NCBI GenBank assembly: GCA_016748015.1
Contig: JAAOMT010000303.1
Coordinates: 496,001 to 560,000 of the forward strand
Source: Geosiphon pyriformis uo1
Lineage: Eukaryota; Fungi; Glomeromycota
Direction of reading: 5' to 3'
DNA length: 64,000 nucleotides
The notes beneath the pieces were generated by a model. It made no database searches, was not told the DNA's origin, and worked only from the letters and a program-made list of their open reading frames with translations. Below, piece by piece: positions 23,127 to 34,800 of this stretch; positions within the stretch are counted from its first letter, which is position 1; every line of letters starts with the position of its first letter. The translations under genes were made by a program, and so were the position numbers.

Positions 23127-25794
23127 GTAGCTTTGAAGTGACCACACATTGCTGGTACTTGTCTGTGTCGACTATTCTGGCTGAGTACTAGTTTTTGAGT
23201 TGTCCAATCAAGCATGGCGTTGGTTTTGGATAGCCAGTTATTACCAACTAATGCTTAGTATTGGGTGGCTTCCATTATCAGAACTTTGATGAGTACTATA
23301 ATGCCATTAACTTCAATTGAAAAGTCATTGATTTTGCCAATTGGGGTTTTGGTGGCTCCATCCGCGATGATAATCCTGGCATTGGCAGCACGATCAGTTT
23401 CTCTTCAAGAGCTGCTCCACTGAATAATGACATATCTGATGGTTCTTCAAGTTCAAATGAAAAGATGACATTCAAAGATTCATTTTTGGTGATTGTAGCA
23501 GATGGGATATTATTGGTAGATGGTTGTTGTTGTTGTTTAATTCCCTGATTGCTGGATGTGGCATTTTCTGAAGTCACTAGAAGGCTTAAATAGTGTTGGG
23601 AATTCGGGTTTTGGGTGGGACCAGTGCCCGAATTTCACTGACGAGATCCTGATTGTTGGTGAGAAGAGCTGGGGATCAGTTGATATACAACTATTGCCGA
23701 TCTTCAGTTTTGGGTAATCCTTGATCTTGGGTTCTCTGATGTCATTTGAGCTGGGTTTGTTGGTGGTGTTTGAATGGTGGGTATTTAATAGATTGCTAGT
23801 GGCTATGGTTGATATATTACTTGTGGCTGTGCCTGATAAATTGCTTGTAGCAGTGGTTGATAAACTGGAGTTTGATAGACTGGCAGTTGATAAATTGGTT
23901 GGTGCATCATAGACAGGTAAGTGGGTTGGTATTAGTCTTGATTCGGGTGATGGTTTGGAGTCTGGAACTAGTAATCGAGGTTTCTATATTGATTTTCCAA
24001 TCGTGAATTGCTATAAGTATGGCAGTTGGCTCTGATGTGTCCTTGTTTACCACAGTTGTAACAGACATGCATCTCTGGCTGCCATGACTGATTGAATGAC
24101 GACAATGGATGTGACTGATTTTGGAAACGATTCATGTTTCCCTGATTGTTACACCATTGAGAAGGTTGATAAATTGTGTGATTGTTAGCTAAGTATCTCT
24201 CTAATTTCTGATTAATTGAACCACTGAATTGTTTCAATTTGGAATCCAATTCAGATGATCCATTTATTGCTAGATTCACAGCTTGAGTGTAATTAGCTTC
24301 TAGTTCAGCTGCTTCAAAATCTCTGGCATATGTGATTGCAGTTAAAAGATTCACTGGGTGCATTGGATGTATTCATTGTAGGATGCTACTGCACAATCCT
24401 CTAATAAATTGATTTAAAATCTGTGGTACTATAAAATAGTCAGCTTGGATGGCTTGTATTTGGTGTAGATTTCTATGGAAGCATCCCAAGTAGGTAATAA
24501 CTGCTTCAGTGTCTCCTTGTCTGATAGTTGTAAAGGTGTTGGCTAATTTGTTGATATTATTATTGTTGCTAAAGTACCACAAGAATTCAGTTTTAAATCC
24601 ATTAAAATTTTGGAGTTTGACAGTGAGACTTTGATACCATGCATCAGCAATATCCTGAAGAAAGTAAAAGATCACTTGCATCACTCTAGCATCATCTCAA
24701 TTATTGGCTATAATGGCTTTGGCTATATCATTTAACCAGACTTGGGCATTGTCTTCTTCACTGTTGAATTTGTCAAGTTTTGTGATGGGTGCATAAGCCA
24801 TTTGTTGTTGCTATGGTGGTAAAAGTTGTTGTTGTTGAGATGGTACTGGTGGCAGTTGTTGATTTTGTTGGTTCTGTGGTTGGATGGGCTGGCCAATTGG
24901 TTTAATGGGTGGTTGATTAATGATGATAACTGGAGATAAGTATTGATTAATTACTTCGGGATTTAGATTGTTCTGATTTGGTGGTGTTTGAATATTCAGA
25001 ATGTCATTTTTCTGATTGTTTAAATTTGGCTGGGTTTGAAAGTTCAGAGTTTCACTTTCTGGGTTTTCTAGAATTAGATTTTGGTAAGTAAATTCATGAT
25101 CCTCAGATTCTTCTTCCTCTTCTACTTCTTGTTCTCCTTCTGATTCAGTAATTTCCCACAGACTTATGGTTCTGAAATTTGGTTGAGATGGTGGTGATCA
25201 AAATCCTAATGGCGTCGGCGATCGAGATTTAAATCCTTTAAAATACTCACTGTATGGTCCTAGTAAATCCTCTTTCTTTTGTTTAGTTTGAAATAGAAAA
25301 TGTCCAAATGTTGATGTCACATTTGATGCAAACACATCTATTAATGATATATTAATGGCACTTCCAGGAGTATAGTGGTAGGATGGGTTGTTTGGTGACT
25401 CAACTCTAGTTTTTTTCTAAGTAGGTGGTTGTATCCTTTGAGGTATTACTGCTGGTGTTTGTAGTTTTCCTTTGCCTTTACTTGTGTACATAATTGGATA
25501 TCTTTGCTGTGTATAGTGTTCAATTTCTTTGTTGATCTCAGTAATGATGAATGCGAAATTATGATTTGTGAGTAGGCTGGTGTTTGGAATTAATTCATTG
25601 TAAAAAGTTTCTCTCGTTGATTCAATATTTATGAATGTTCCCAACAGATAGACAATCTTTTCATTGACATAGAAATTGAAAGCTAATTCTACTGATATGT
25701 GATTATGGATTATTCCCAAATATTGACAGTAATATTGAAATAAGAATTTCACAAATCCTAGATGGTTTGCTCTGACATTTTCTGATTTTGCCAC
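23127..25794 (-). pseudogene. gag: B gag and protease (catalytic segment of protease missing)
   Basis: Capsid-like ...AQVWLNDIAKAI, knuckle CYNCGKQGHIRANC, protease second half (IADG...ALVGNNWL) but no DS/TG near 23393. Confidence 0.85.
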
Positions 25795-25837
25795 TTTTGA
25801 ATGGAGTTGTTAGTACTGGTTTTCTGTAAGATTATAT

Positions 25838-25853
25838 CTCACAGGGAGCACCA
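25838..25853 (-). promoter_or_regulatory. B primer-binding site TGGTGCTCCCTGTGAG
   Basis: 2 nt from the 5' LTR; identical to the family A PBS. Confidence 0.9.
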
Positions 25854-25855
25854 AA

Positions 25856-26702
25856 TGTTATGAGTGATTTCTTGGGGTCTCAAATCAAATAACAAACCTG
25901 TAACTTGGTGCTAAAAGTTATTTGCATTGATGTTAATAATCTGAAGGTATTGTATCTGAAGGTTTTAGTTTGAATTCTTTGTATAATGTATAGAGATTCA
26001 ATAGTTGTTTTATCCGTAGCTTCCCAAAACTGCAATTCTGTCAATTCTTCTCTTGGCGTGATGGCTGGCAATCCTCTGGTAAGTATTTTATATCTTCTGT
26101 ACATGTCCTACTCTCTTGTAGGGGTCTTTTACTAGGCAATCTTTGACGTCAGTAATCTAGCACTTTATTCAATCAATTAGTACACAACAATAAAATAAAA
26201 AATAAAAATAAAGAAAAGAAATAAAAGAAAATAATGAATAAGCCAAGGCAGTTTTGCAAGTTAGTATCCTGTCAATAGCCATGATCAAGAGCTATTGTTC
26301 TAGTGTGTTTAAGTATCAATTACTATCAACATGAAGTTTTAATAGTGGAATTAGGTTTAAGATACCAAATAGTTATTTATTGTGTTTGGAAAGTTGTCTA
26401 GATGAAATCTAAACTGGGAGGTCTGTTTCTTTCAGCTTTTAATACTACTGCTATATATACATAATTAAGATTCCTCAATTCCTCCATTCTTTACAACAGG
26501 AACCCTGGAATTCCTGGAATCCTGCAATTCTTTTGAAGGGAATCCTGGAATTCTGGAATCCTGTGATTTCTCATGAGAATCCTGTAATTCCTGGAATCCT
26601 GCAATTCCTGAGAGGAATCCTGGAATTCCACATTTACTATGTCTACTTCTGATTGGCTAATAACTATGCTAATATATATTTCCTATATTTCTATGAATAA
26701 CA
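25856..26702 (-). repeat. B 5' LTR (GGAATCCT array ~26499-26630, CCAAT and TATA-like boxes)
   Basis: Direct repeat of 8908-9754; adjacent PBS. Confidence 0.95.
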
Positions 26703-29162
26703 CTACCAAAAGCCAGTTTTTAAAAACTCTCCAAAGTTGGAATCTCCAGAAATTGTACAAAAATCTGGACCCTATTCTGTTGTCAAAGATCTCATAAAAA
26801 CCCCAGTACACATTACCTTTGGCCAGTTAATGACCTATTCACAGTTCAGAAAAAATCTCTGCAAATCTCTAATCTCCAAGAAAAAAACACCAAAGACCAA
26901 TAAACACTCTTGCCAAGCTGGACTTGCTGATAACAGCAATGTCACTCCTCTAATTTGCAAAGCACAAGTGGCTGGTTACTTCATTGACTTGATCCTAGAC
27001 AGTGGATTATCTGTTAGTGTAATTGCCAAACACATCCTTGAAGCAATTGGCAGAAAAATTGATAAGCCTTCCACCCGACCAATGACCAATGTACATGGTG
27101 ACAAGAAGAAAGATCTGGGCATTGCCAAAGCTATTCCTGTCTGCATCAATAGCATCAGTATTGAAACTGACATGGAAGTTTCTGAAGTTAAAGAATACAC
27201 TATCATTGTTGACAATAAGTGGCTCAAGAAAGCAAAAGTCTTACTCGATTATGAACTTTGTGAGCTAACCATAAGATGTGGTGAAAAACTCATTGTGGTT
27301 AAATGTCACCATTGGACAACTTCTTCAGCAACCAAACAAAATCAAGAAGATGAGCAATCAGAGGAATCAGATGATGAAGAGAGTGATAAAAAAGATGAAC
27401 AAGAAGAACAAGAAAAAACTGCTGAACTTGCCTACACCACTTTTATCAACAATGGCAAGCCACTAAATAATGTTAAAGCTGATAGAAAGGGAATCATTGT
27501 GAATGGCAAGTTGATCTGCTGGCCCTATTATGATATCCTCAAAAGAACCTTTGACCAAAAACCTGGCAAGAAAGCCAAGTACTGTTATTGGTGGCATGGT
27601 CTTTATGCCTGGTGCTGGTGCAACCAACCCTTGTATTCTCCAAGTGATGAATACAAATCATGTCTGATTTATTACAAAGATTGGGAACCAATCAGTTTGA
27701 TACCTAGAGAAGAATTGAAAAAAGTCCAAAAGTTCTTTGAAAATGAACCACCTGAAATCCAATCACTAGTTGTAGAACAAAAAGAACCCTCTCCAGAAGA
27801 AAGAAAAATAGACATTGAAAATTTGCTGGCTAGAAACAGCCCAATTATCTCAAAAGAAAGTAATACTTCTGGACAAACTCATGTGATACAACACACCATC
27901 ACCACCAGAGAAACTTGCCCCATTCATCTAAAGCCATATCAATCCAATTGCCACAATGATGAGTTCATCAAGAAAGAAATAAAATGAATGAAAGATCTTG
28001 GATTCATACAAGAAACCAAGAGTGAATGGGCTTTCTCAGTTGTAGTAGTATCCAAGAAAGGTGGAACCCTTCGCTTCTGTGTCGATTATTGCCAATTAAA
28101 TGCCATCACTGAAAGAGACATGTACCTACTTCCTAAAATTGATGCAATGCTAGATCAATTCAAGAGTGCTGCTTTCTTCTCAACCATTGATCTAACTGCT
28201 GAATTTTGGCAAATAGAGATGGATCCAGAAAGTCAGAAGAAAACCACCTTCATAACCAAGTATGGCACCTATGAATTCACAGTTATGTCTTTTGGTCTCA
28301 CCAATGCCCCTCCCACCTTTTAATGCTTAATGGATAAAGTATTTGAATCAGTAAAGAAAAACTTTGTTCTGGTCTATTTGGACAATATAATGGTGTACTT
28401 GAATATTTGCAAAAGGTTTTTGATCTTCTCAGAAATACAGGTCTCAAGATCAACCCAATCAAATCTTTCTTTGAAAGACAATCCACCCAATTTTTTGGCC
28501 ATCTTATTACAAAAGATGGAATCTTCTCTGATCCAGCCAAAGTGGAAAAAGTTTAGAACATAAAACAACTAATGAATGTTCATGAGTTATGTTCTTTTCT
28601 TGGTTTGGCCTCCTATTATCACAAATTTGTTAAGGATTTCTCCAAAATTGCCTCTCCATTTAATCAGCTACTCAGGAAAAATGTCAACTACCATTGGGAC
28701 ATACATCAGCAGAAAGCATTTGAAACCCTCAAAGAAAAATTGGTTATAGAACCTATTCTCAAGCAACCTGATCTGGATTCACTTTTTATCCTTCACACTG
28801 ATACATCTGACTATAGACTTGGTGCTGTTCTCTCACAAAAAAATGAAGATGGCAGAAAATATGCAATAGTCTATGCCAGTAGAACCCTTACACCAGCAGA
28901 AAAAAACTATTCAGTTATTGAGCAGGAATGCTTAGCAGTAGTTTGGGCTACCAGCTACTGGGATAAGTATCTCCTTGGTGTGAAGTTTTTGGTGATAACA
29001 GATCACCAAGCTTTGGTTTGGCTGCACAACAAGAAAAGGCTAGAACATAAACGGATAGCCCACTGGATACTCCACTTGAATGAATTTGACTATAATATTC
29101 AATACCATAAAAGAGCTAATCATCAAAATGCCAACACTCTCTCCAGACTTACCACCAAGTGA
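26703..29162 (+). pseudogene. pol: A3 pol remainder (PR, RT, RNase H)
   Basis: ORF pieces 26737-27987, 27988-28323, 28572-29162; ends TLSRLTTK*. Confidence 0.92.
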
Positions 29163-29226
29163 CAGTACAACCTCCCATACCAAACCAACCTAATTATTAG
29201 TAATTCTCTTACAACCAAACACGATA

Positions 29227-30537
29227 ATGGACTTGGACAACTACTTTGCCTTAATAGAATTTTTGGGTAAAAGACAATACTCACTGGAATACACTCAACA
29301 GCAAAGAGAACATTTGCACAAACTATCAAATTTTTATTTGATTCACCAGAACCAGCTATGTAAAAGAAATAAAAAAGATCCTGACTGCCCTCAAAGAGTC
29401 ATCAAATTTGAAGAGAGAGAAATTGTAATATACAACATGTATATTGACCCATTAACTGGACACTTTGGAAAAACAAAAACAATTCAGAAAACTCTAGCTC
29501 ACTATTATTAGCCTATCTTGAGAAAAAACATTGCTGAATACATCAAAACCTGTGATATCTGCCAAAGAAAAGGAAAACCCAATTACAAAGAAAATATCCA
29601 TCCAATCTCTGTTGGTCAACCCTTTGACAGAATTGGTATAGATGTTGTTAGATCTTTAACAATAACTCTTGATGGCAACAAATACATTATCACAGCTACC
29701 AACTATCTTACAAAGTGGGTAGAAGCAAGAGCTATTCCAGACCAAACAGCAGTCTCAATAGCCAATTTCATTTATGAAGATATCATTTGTTGCCATGGCT
29801 GCCCCAAAGAACATTTATCTGACAGAGGAAGAGCTTTTCTCAGTACACTTATTGAAGAACTTTGCAGAAAAATGGGAATACATCACAAATTTTCCTCTTT
29901 TTATCACCCCCAAACAAATGGCCTAGTAGAACGTTTTAATAGAACATTATGTGAAACCTTAGCCAAAACCAGTGAAGAAACAAACTTATGGGACAAAGTA
30001 CTGCCTTCAGCCTTGTTTGCCTATAGAACTGTGAATCATGACATAACAAGTTATAAACCCTTTTATCTATTCTATGGACAAATGGCAACCCTACCAATAG
30101 AAACTGACATTGAGACAATACCCTTTGAACAAATAACAATAGGAAATTACAAAGACATTTTGCAAAGAAGACTTGTTACCATTCTTGACTCATTAGTAGA
30201 AGCACAGATAATTGCCTTTGAAAAGATAAAACAATTTCAAGAGAAGCTTAAGAAAAAGAAAACATATAAAACACTTTTCTTAAGTGTTGGTGACTTAGTT
30301 TTAGAATACCATTCAGACAGAGACAATGTCTATGGTAATAAATTCTCTAGCCAGTGGAAAGGACCCTTTATAGTCAACAAAGTTTTGAACAATGGTTCTT
30401 ATATCTTACAAGATCAATATAGAACAATCTTTAATGATTGCCCTGTTCATGGCACATGACTCAAGAAATATCACAAATGGCCTGATTGGTTACCTGTTGT
30501 GGTAATACTGACCCAAATGATCAAAAATCAGATATAA
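29227..30537 (+). pseudogene. A3 integrase, separate ORF (436 codons, internal stops)
   Basis: Own ATG 64 nt after the pol stop; HHCC, DDE core, GPF; no chromodomain. Confidence 0.9.
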
Positions 30538-30578
30538 ATAAATGCACCATTCCCAAAACAGAGGTATCTTCAATTGAC

Positions 30579-31235
30579 ATGAACAATTATTTCCTAGATC
30601 AAAACATTCAAAACACTTTCTATACTCTCCATGAGTACTGGATCAAAAATTATCCAAATGCTACTCTGACCATTGAAAAACAAACCACCATAACTGATAA
30701 CAATAGAGCACATACTGTTATTAAACCAAAGAAAACCACTACCAGAAGAGAAAAAATTGGTAGCAAAATGGATAAGTATTTGCTGGAAAGCATAACAGCA
30801 GCAATACTTACACTTTCCATGACAATTGGAAAAATGATTAAGAAAATCTTGCCCATAGACAAAAACTTGTCATATGGAAGACAACTAGAACTCTATGGTT
30901 GTCTTGGTGAAATCATAGAAGAAATGAAGCTCATGAAGAAAACAACTTCAGAGATACAAATAGAAATTTTGGGCATTATATGTTTAGATATCCCAAGAGT
31001 TTTGACTATTGCAAGAAGAGCCAAAACTCTTATACAAAGATTTGGTCTCTTGGATACAAAGCTTATTTCGCCTCAAGTACTATACACTCTATCCACAAAA
31101 GACTTCAACAAACTAGTTAGTTTTGAGTTAGACAAAACTCTTCAATTAGAATACCCTATAAATAGCTTGATTTTGCCAGAGCTCAATCTCTTTGGAAAGG
31201 ATGATGTTATGGTTGAAACCCATAATTTTTATTAG
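30579..31235 (+). CDS. A3 ORF3, open 218 aa, unknown function
   Basis: Uninterrupted; spans the PPT and ends 31 nt inside the 3' LTR. Confidence 0.8.
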   Translation: MNNYFLDQNIQNTFYTLHEYWIKNYPNATLTIEKQTTITDNNRAHTVIKPKKTTTRREKIGSKMDKYLLESITAAILTLSMTIGKMIKKILPIDKNLSYGRQLELYGCLGEIIEEMKLMKKTTSEIQIEILGIICLDIPRVLTIARRAKTLIQRFGLLDTKLISPQVLYTLSTKDFNKLVSFELDKTLQLEYPINSLILPELNLFGKDDVMVETHNFY

Positions 31236-31835
31236 TTATCACATGTATTAGCCACTAATGTCATATAATTAGCCACTTTATTTTTAGATAGTAATCGTTG
31301 ATCTGATCATTGACCACTTTCAATAGCTATATAAGTGATAAGTTTCTTAGCTGTAGAAAATCATCTCTCAGACAAGAATCAAATAAATAAAAATAACAAC
31401 TTTCATATCAATCACTCTCTTATCACTAATTTCCCTTTTCCTACCTTCAAGTATCCGAACATCTTAGAATAAAAAATTACTTGTTGGCCTTTTCCTGATG
31501 TATATAATTGTAGCATTTAAAGATTATTTGAATAAATGTGACTGAAAAGCACAAGTTGATACCTAATATTGAATTCTAAAAGCGCCAATGTGAGGCATAG
31601 AATTATATCAGTGGTGATCAATTGTTGACAGTATGGACTATCTCTCTACTTTCAAATTCCCCAGTTACCTTTGAAAAGAATAGCAACTGAGATATTTTAT
31701 GAGACTGATCTTGCACATTGAATTCATACTCATTCAATTCATTCTCTAAAGTTGAATTCCCCTTTGAATATTTCCATCACCCTACAATCCTGTTCTTCCT
31801 TGCTATCTGTTAGCTTGTTACTCCAACCTATAACA
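31205..31835 (+). repeat. A3 3' LTR
   Basis: After GGAAAGGATGA; ends TATAACA. Confidence 0.93.
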
Positions 31836-34800
31836 GTATAATAGTCTCAATTAAATATGTCTGTGGTCTTGAAGATTCAGGTACTTCATGTGTGTTACCA
31901 TTGCTTCTGAATGAGATGCCTCTTTCCTCCATTATCTGCATAATATTAGCTATTAAATTAACTCCTGGCCTAGATCATTCATTAGTGGAATATTCAAGTA
32001 TACTATGAGCTGACCATCTCTGTGCCTGCAAGTTGGCTAGTCTAATTTTTGTAGCCATTCCAGCAATATCAACACTGTTCAATCTAACTAACAAATCTGT
32101 AATCTTGCTTTTCACTTGTATATCATCAATTTTGAACAAGTTATACAAGGATGAGTGATGCATGGTACTGGCTGAGAAATCTACTAAAAGTTTTGCTTTT
32201 TTCTTCATAGTGGCTGAAATCTTTGAAGTCCATTTTCTAGCCCAGCTATTAGGAATATGAGTCAACTGAGATCTGAATTCAATAGCTGGACTGAGTACAC
32301 TGTTAAAAATGTAAATGGCCTGTTTCTCAGTTATGTGTTTTTTCTTGATGACTGCACACACTGCTTTAATGTTAGATCCTATCATTTTTAGAACAGTTTC
32401 ATTTTTCCCATCTGCTCTGATCCATACCTCCAAATATTGGGTACATGTAGATGGATCCAACAATTTCAAGATTTGTTTGTCTGGACCAAATTTTAGTGGC
32501 TCAACCATTGAAGATCTCCCTTTGGAGGGTCTGACCACCATTGTCTCAGTCTTATCTAAGTTGATCTCAATATCCATCATTCTAAAAAAGGAGCTGGTTG
32601 TGTCTAAAATACTTTGTATTTCTTGTCTTGAGTTAGCTATCCACACTGTGTTATCGACAAAGACAAGATGATTCACTGACACCAACAAAGATTGTGTATC
32701 CAATTGATTATTTCATTTTTTCTATGCTGCTGTCAGTTTGTATCTCTGACTATAATTGGCTTGTTTTACTTCACACAGTAAGAGGTCATAAAAAATTCTT
32801 TACATAATTAGTGAGCTTGTTTCCTTCTGATTCAGTCCATTTTGTACTTGATATTTGTCACTTAATCCAAATTCAGTTATGATCCTGTTGCTTCTATTGT
32901 TGTGCATCAAACCAAACAGCTCAGTAAACCTATTGTTCATCTTAATTCTCTTTAGTGCAGCTTTTATGGATTTCCATCTCACTGAATCATATGCCTTTTT
33001 CATGTTCTGAAATGTAAACCAAGCCTCATTACCAAATTCTCTTGCATGTTCGACTACAGTATTAATCACATGAATAGGCACTGCTATAGAGGTATTCTTT
33101 AATACTGAGGTATTGTAACCTTTTAGGACATTGTGAAGTTCACATGCTTTTGATATCCTAGCAGTTAGAATCTTTGTTAAGATTTTTCTGGTGCTTTTAA
33201 TGAGTGTGATTGGCCTGGTGATGTCAATATTGCCACCCTATTCTTTTGGCTTTGGAATCAGTATAACTTGTGCTACTCTCCACTCTTCAGGCATGTTTGC
33301 AGCTTTAATACAAGCATCGAGCAACATTTTCAGTTTAGACTTGGTATTAGGCCCAGCCTTCCTCCAGAGTTCAGCTTGAATGCCTAATGAGCCAGGAGCT
33401 TTGTTATGGGATGTGTGGCTCAATATGTGTTCAAATTTCTCATTTGTTAATTCATCTATTACACCATCAAAGGCATGATCTGGAATGCTTTCAATTGGCT
33501 CAAATCTGTGTTCCCAACTTTTCTATAGGTTAGGCTTAATGCTTCTTGTTCTGGTCCACTCTTGGGCTTTTTTGTTTACTAGCTTTTTAATTTCATCAGA
33601 ATCATCATGAAATTCGCCTTCTTCAATTATATGGTCTAGTACAATTCATTGTCTTTTTCTGTTCAGGATGCTTTTGATCATAGCTCTTTTGTTTAGATCA
33701 AAGTTTTGTTGTCTTCTGATAATATTGTCCACTATCTGTCTCTGTTGTTGTATCCTGATTTTAGCTTGCAGTGTTGATCTGTATTCTTTCTTAATATTAA
33801 GTAATTCCATAATTAGCTTATTTTTTGGGAGAGTCATCAGATATGCATTAACTGCCTCAGGTTTCAGCTGTTTCCATTTAGCCAACAACTGCATAACATT
33901 GTTATTATGTATATCTGCATTGTTTACTCTTAATTGTTTGATTATATTAGCAACAATCTTAACAAGCTTGTAATCTATGCATTTTTTCTTTGTGTGTGCA
34001 GATTGGGCTTCCACTTTCCTTTTTGGTAGGCACTTAGCAGCTTGTAACACAGTCTTCTTAATTGTAAACCACATCTGGTTTAGATCATTATTGTTGTTAT
34101 CTATTGATTTTCTTTGTGCTTTATTTGTTAGTTGATCAGATTCTCTAGTGTAGATTTCTCATTGGACTTCAAATGCCTTTTTAACATCAATCATAGTTGT
34201 GCTACACCTCTTTCTTCCAAATCTAGATTTTTTAGTGCCTGCCAAGATTCTATCAGATTGGATAATTGTTACTACTGCTTTGTGATCTGTGCTAAAAGAT
34301 TCATTAACATTAATCACCCTGATGTTTGTGACCAGTGAGACTGTAACTGCATCAATAAACACATAGTCCAATCTTCTTTGTACACTATTTGATGCCCATG
34401 TCTTTTCTGGATTGTTTGTTGCATATGCCCCATGTGTATTCACTAAATTCATATGTTGTAATGTTGCAGCAGTTGGACAAGCTTTGGCCTTATTTGTAGC
34501 ATATGTTTCCTTAAATGACTTGGATGACAGATCTTCATTCAAATCACCTGCTACTATGATAATCTCCTTGTTCTGTACAATGTCTCCCAAAAGTTTCCTG
34601 ATTTTTTTAGCTACTGCTCTCTCAGTAGGCAATTTGGAAGCAGACATATACAGTCCTATTATGTGCACACTAACTCTTTCTCTAAATTTTAACTCCAAAT
34701 GCAACAACCTCCCATGAAACCTCTTGATTGTTTCTACATGGTGTATCCAATATTTTTTGACCAGTATACCAACTCCAGTTCCCATTTGTTTTTTTGTACT

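Larger units (their letters stand above)
8908..26702 (-). mobile_element. Gypsy family B, near complete, interrupted by A4 (15365-23126)
   Basis: 847-bp LTRs 8908-9754 and 25856-26702, PBS 25838-25853, PPT 9755-9769, TSD CCAC/CTAC. Confidence 0.94.
6491..31835 (+). mobile_element. Gypsy A3 (probably recombinant), interrupted by element B at 8908-26702
   Basis: 5' LTR 6491-7155, PBS 7162-7178, gag, pol split at GAGCCAC|CTACCAAA, INT, ORF3, 3' LTR 31205-31835. Confidence 0.92.

Noticed and set aside
30478-30480. Stop-codon readthrough after integrase KKYHK
   Set aside because: The codon is TGA, TAA, CAA or TGG in different copies, consistent with decay of an Arg CGN codon; the true stop is 30535-30537
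30340-30537. Chromodomain at the integrase C-terminus
   Set aside because: Integrase ends shortly after the GPF region, with no room or motif for one
30579-31235. ORF3 as an envelope gene
   Set aside because: Short, with no signal peptide or transmembrane helix visible
6486-31840. Inverted flanks TATAC/GTATA around A3
   Set aside because: Expected by chance from the palindromic TA-centred target preference
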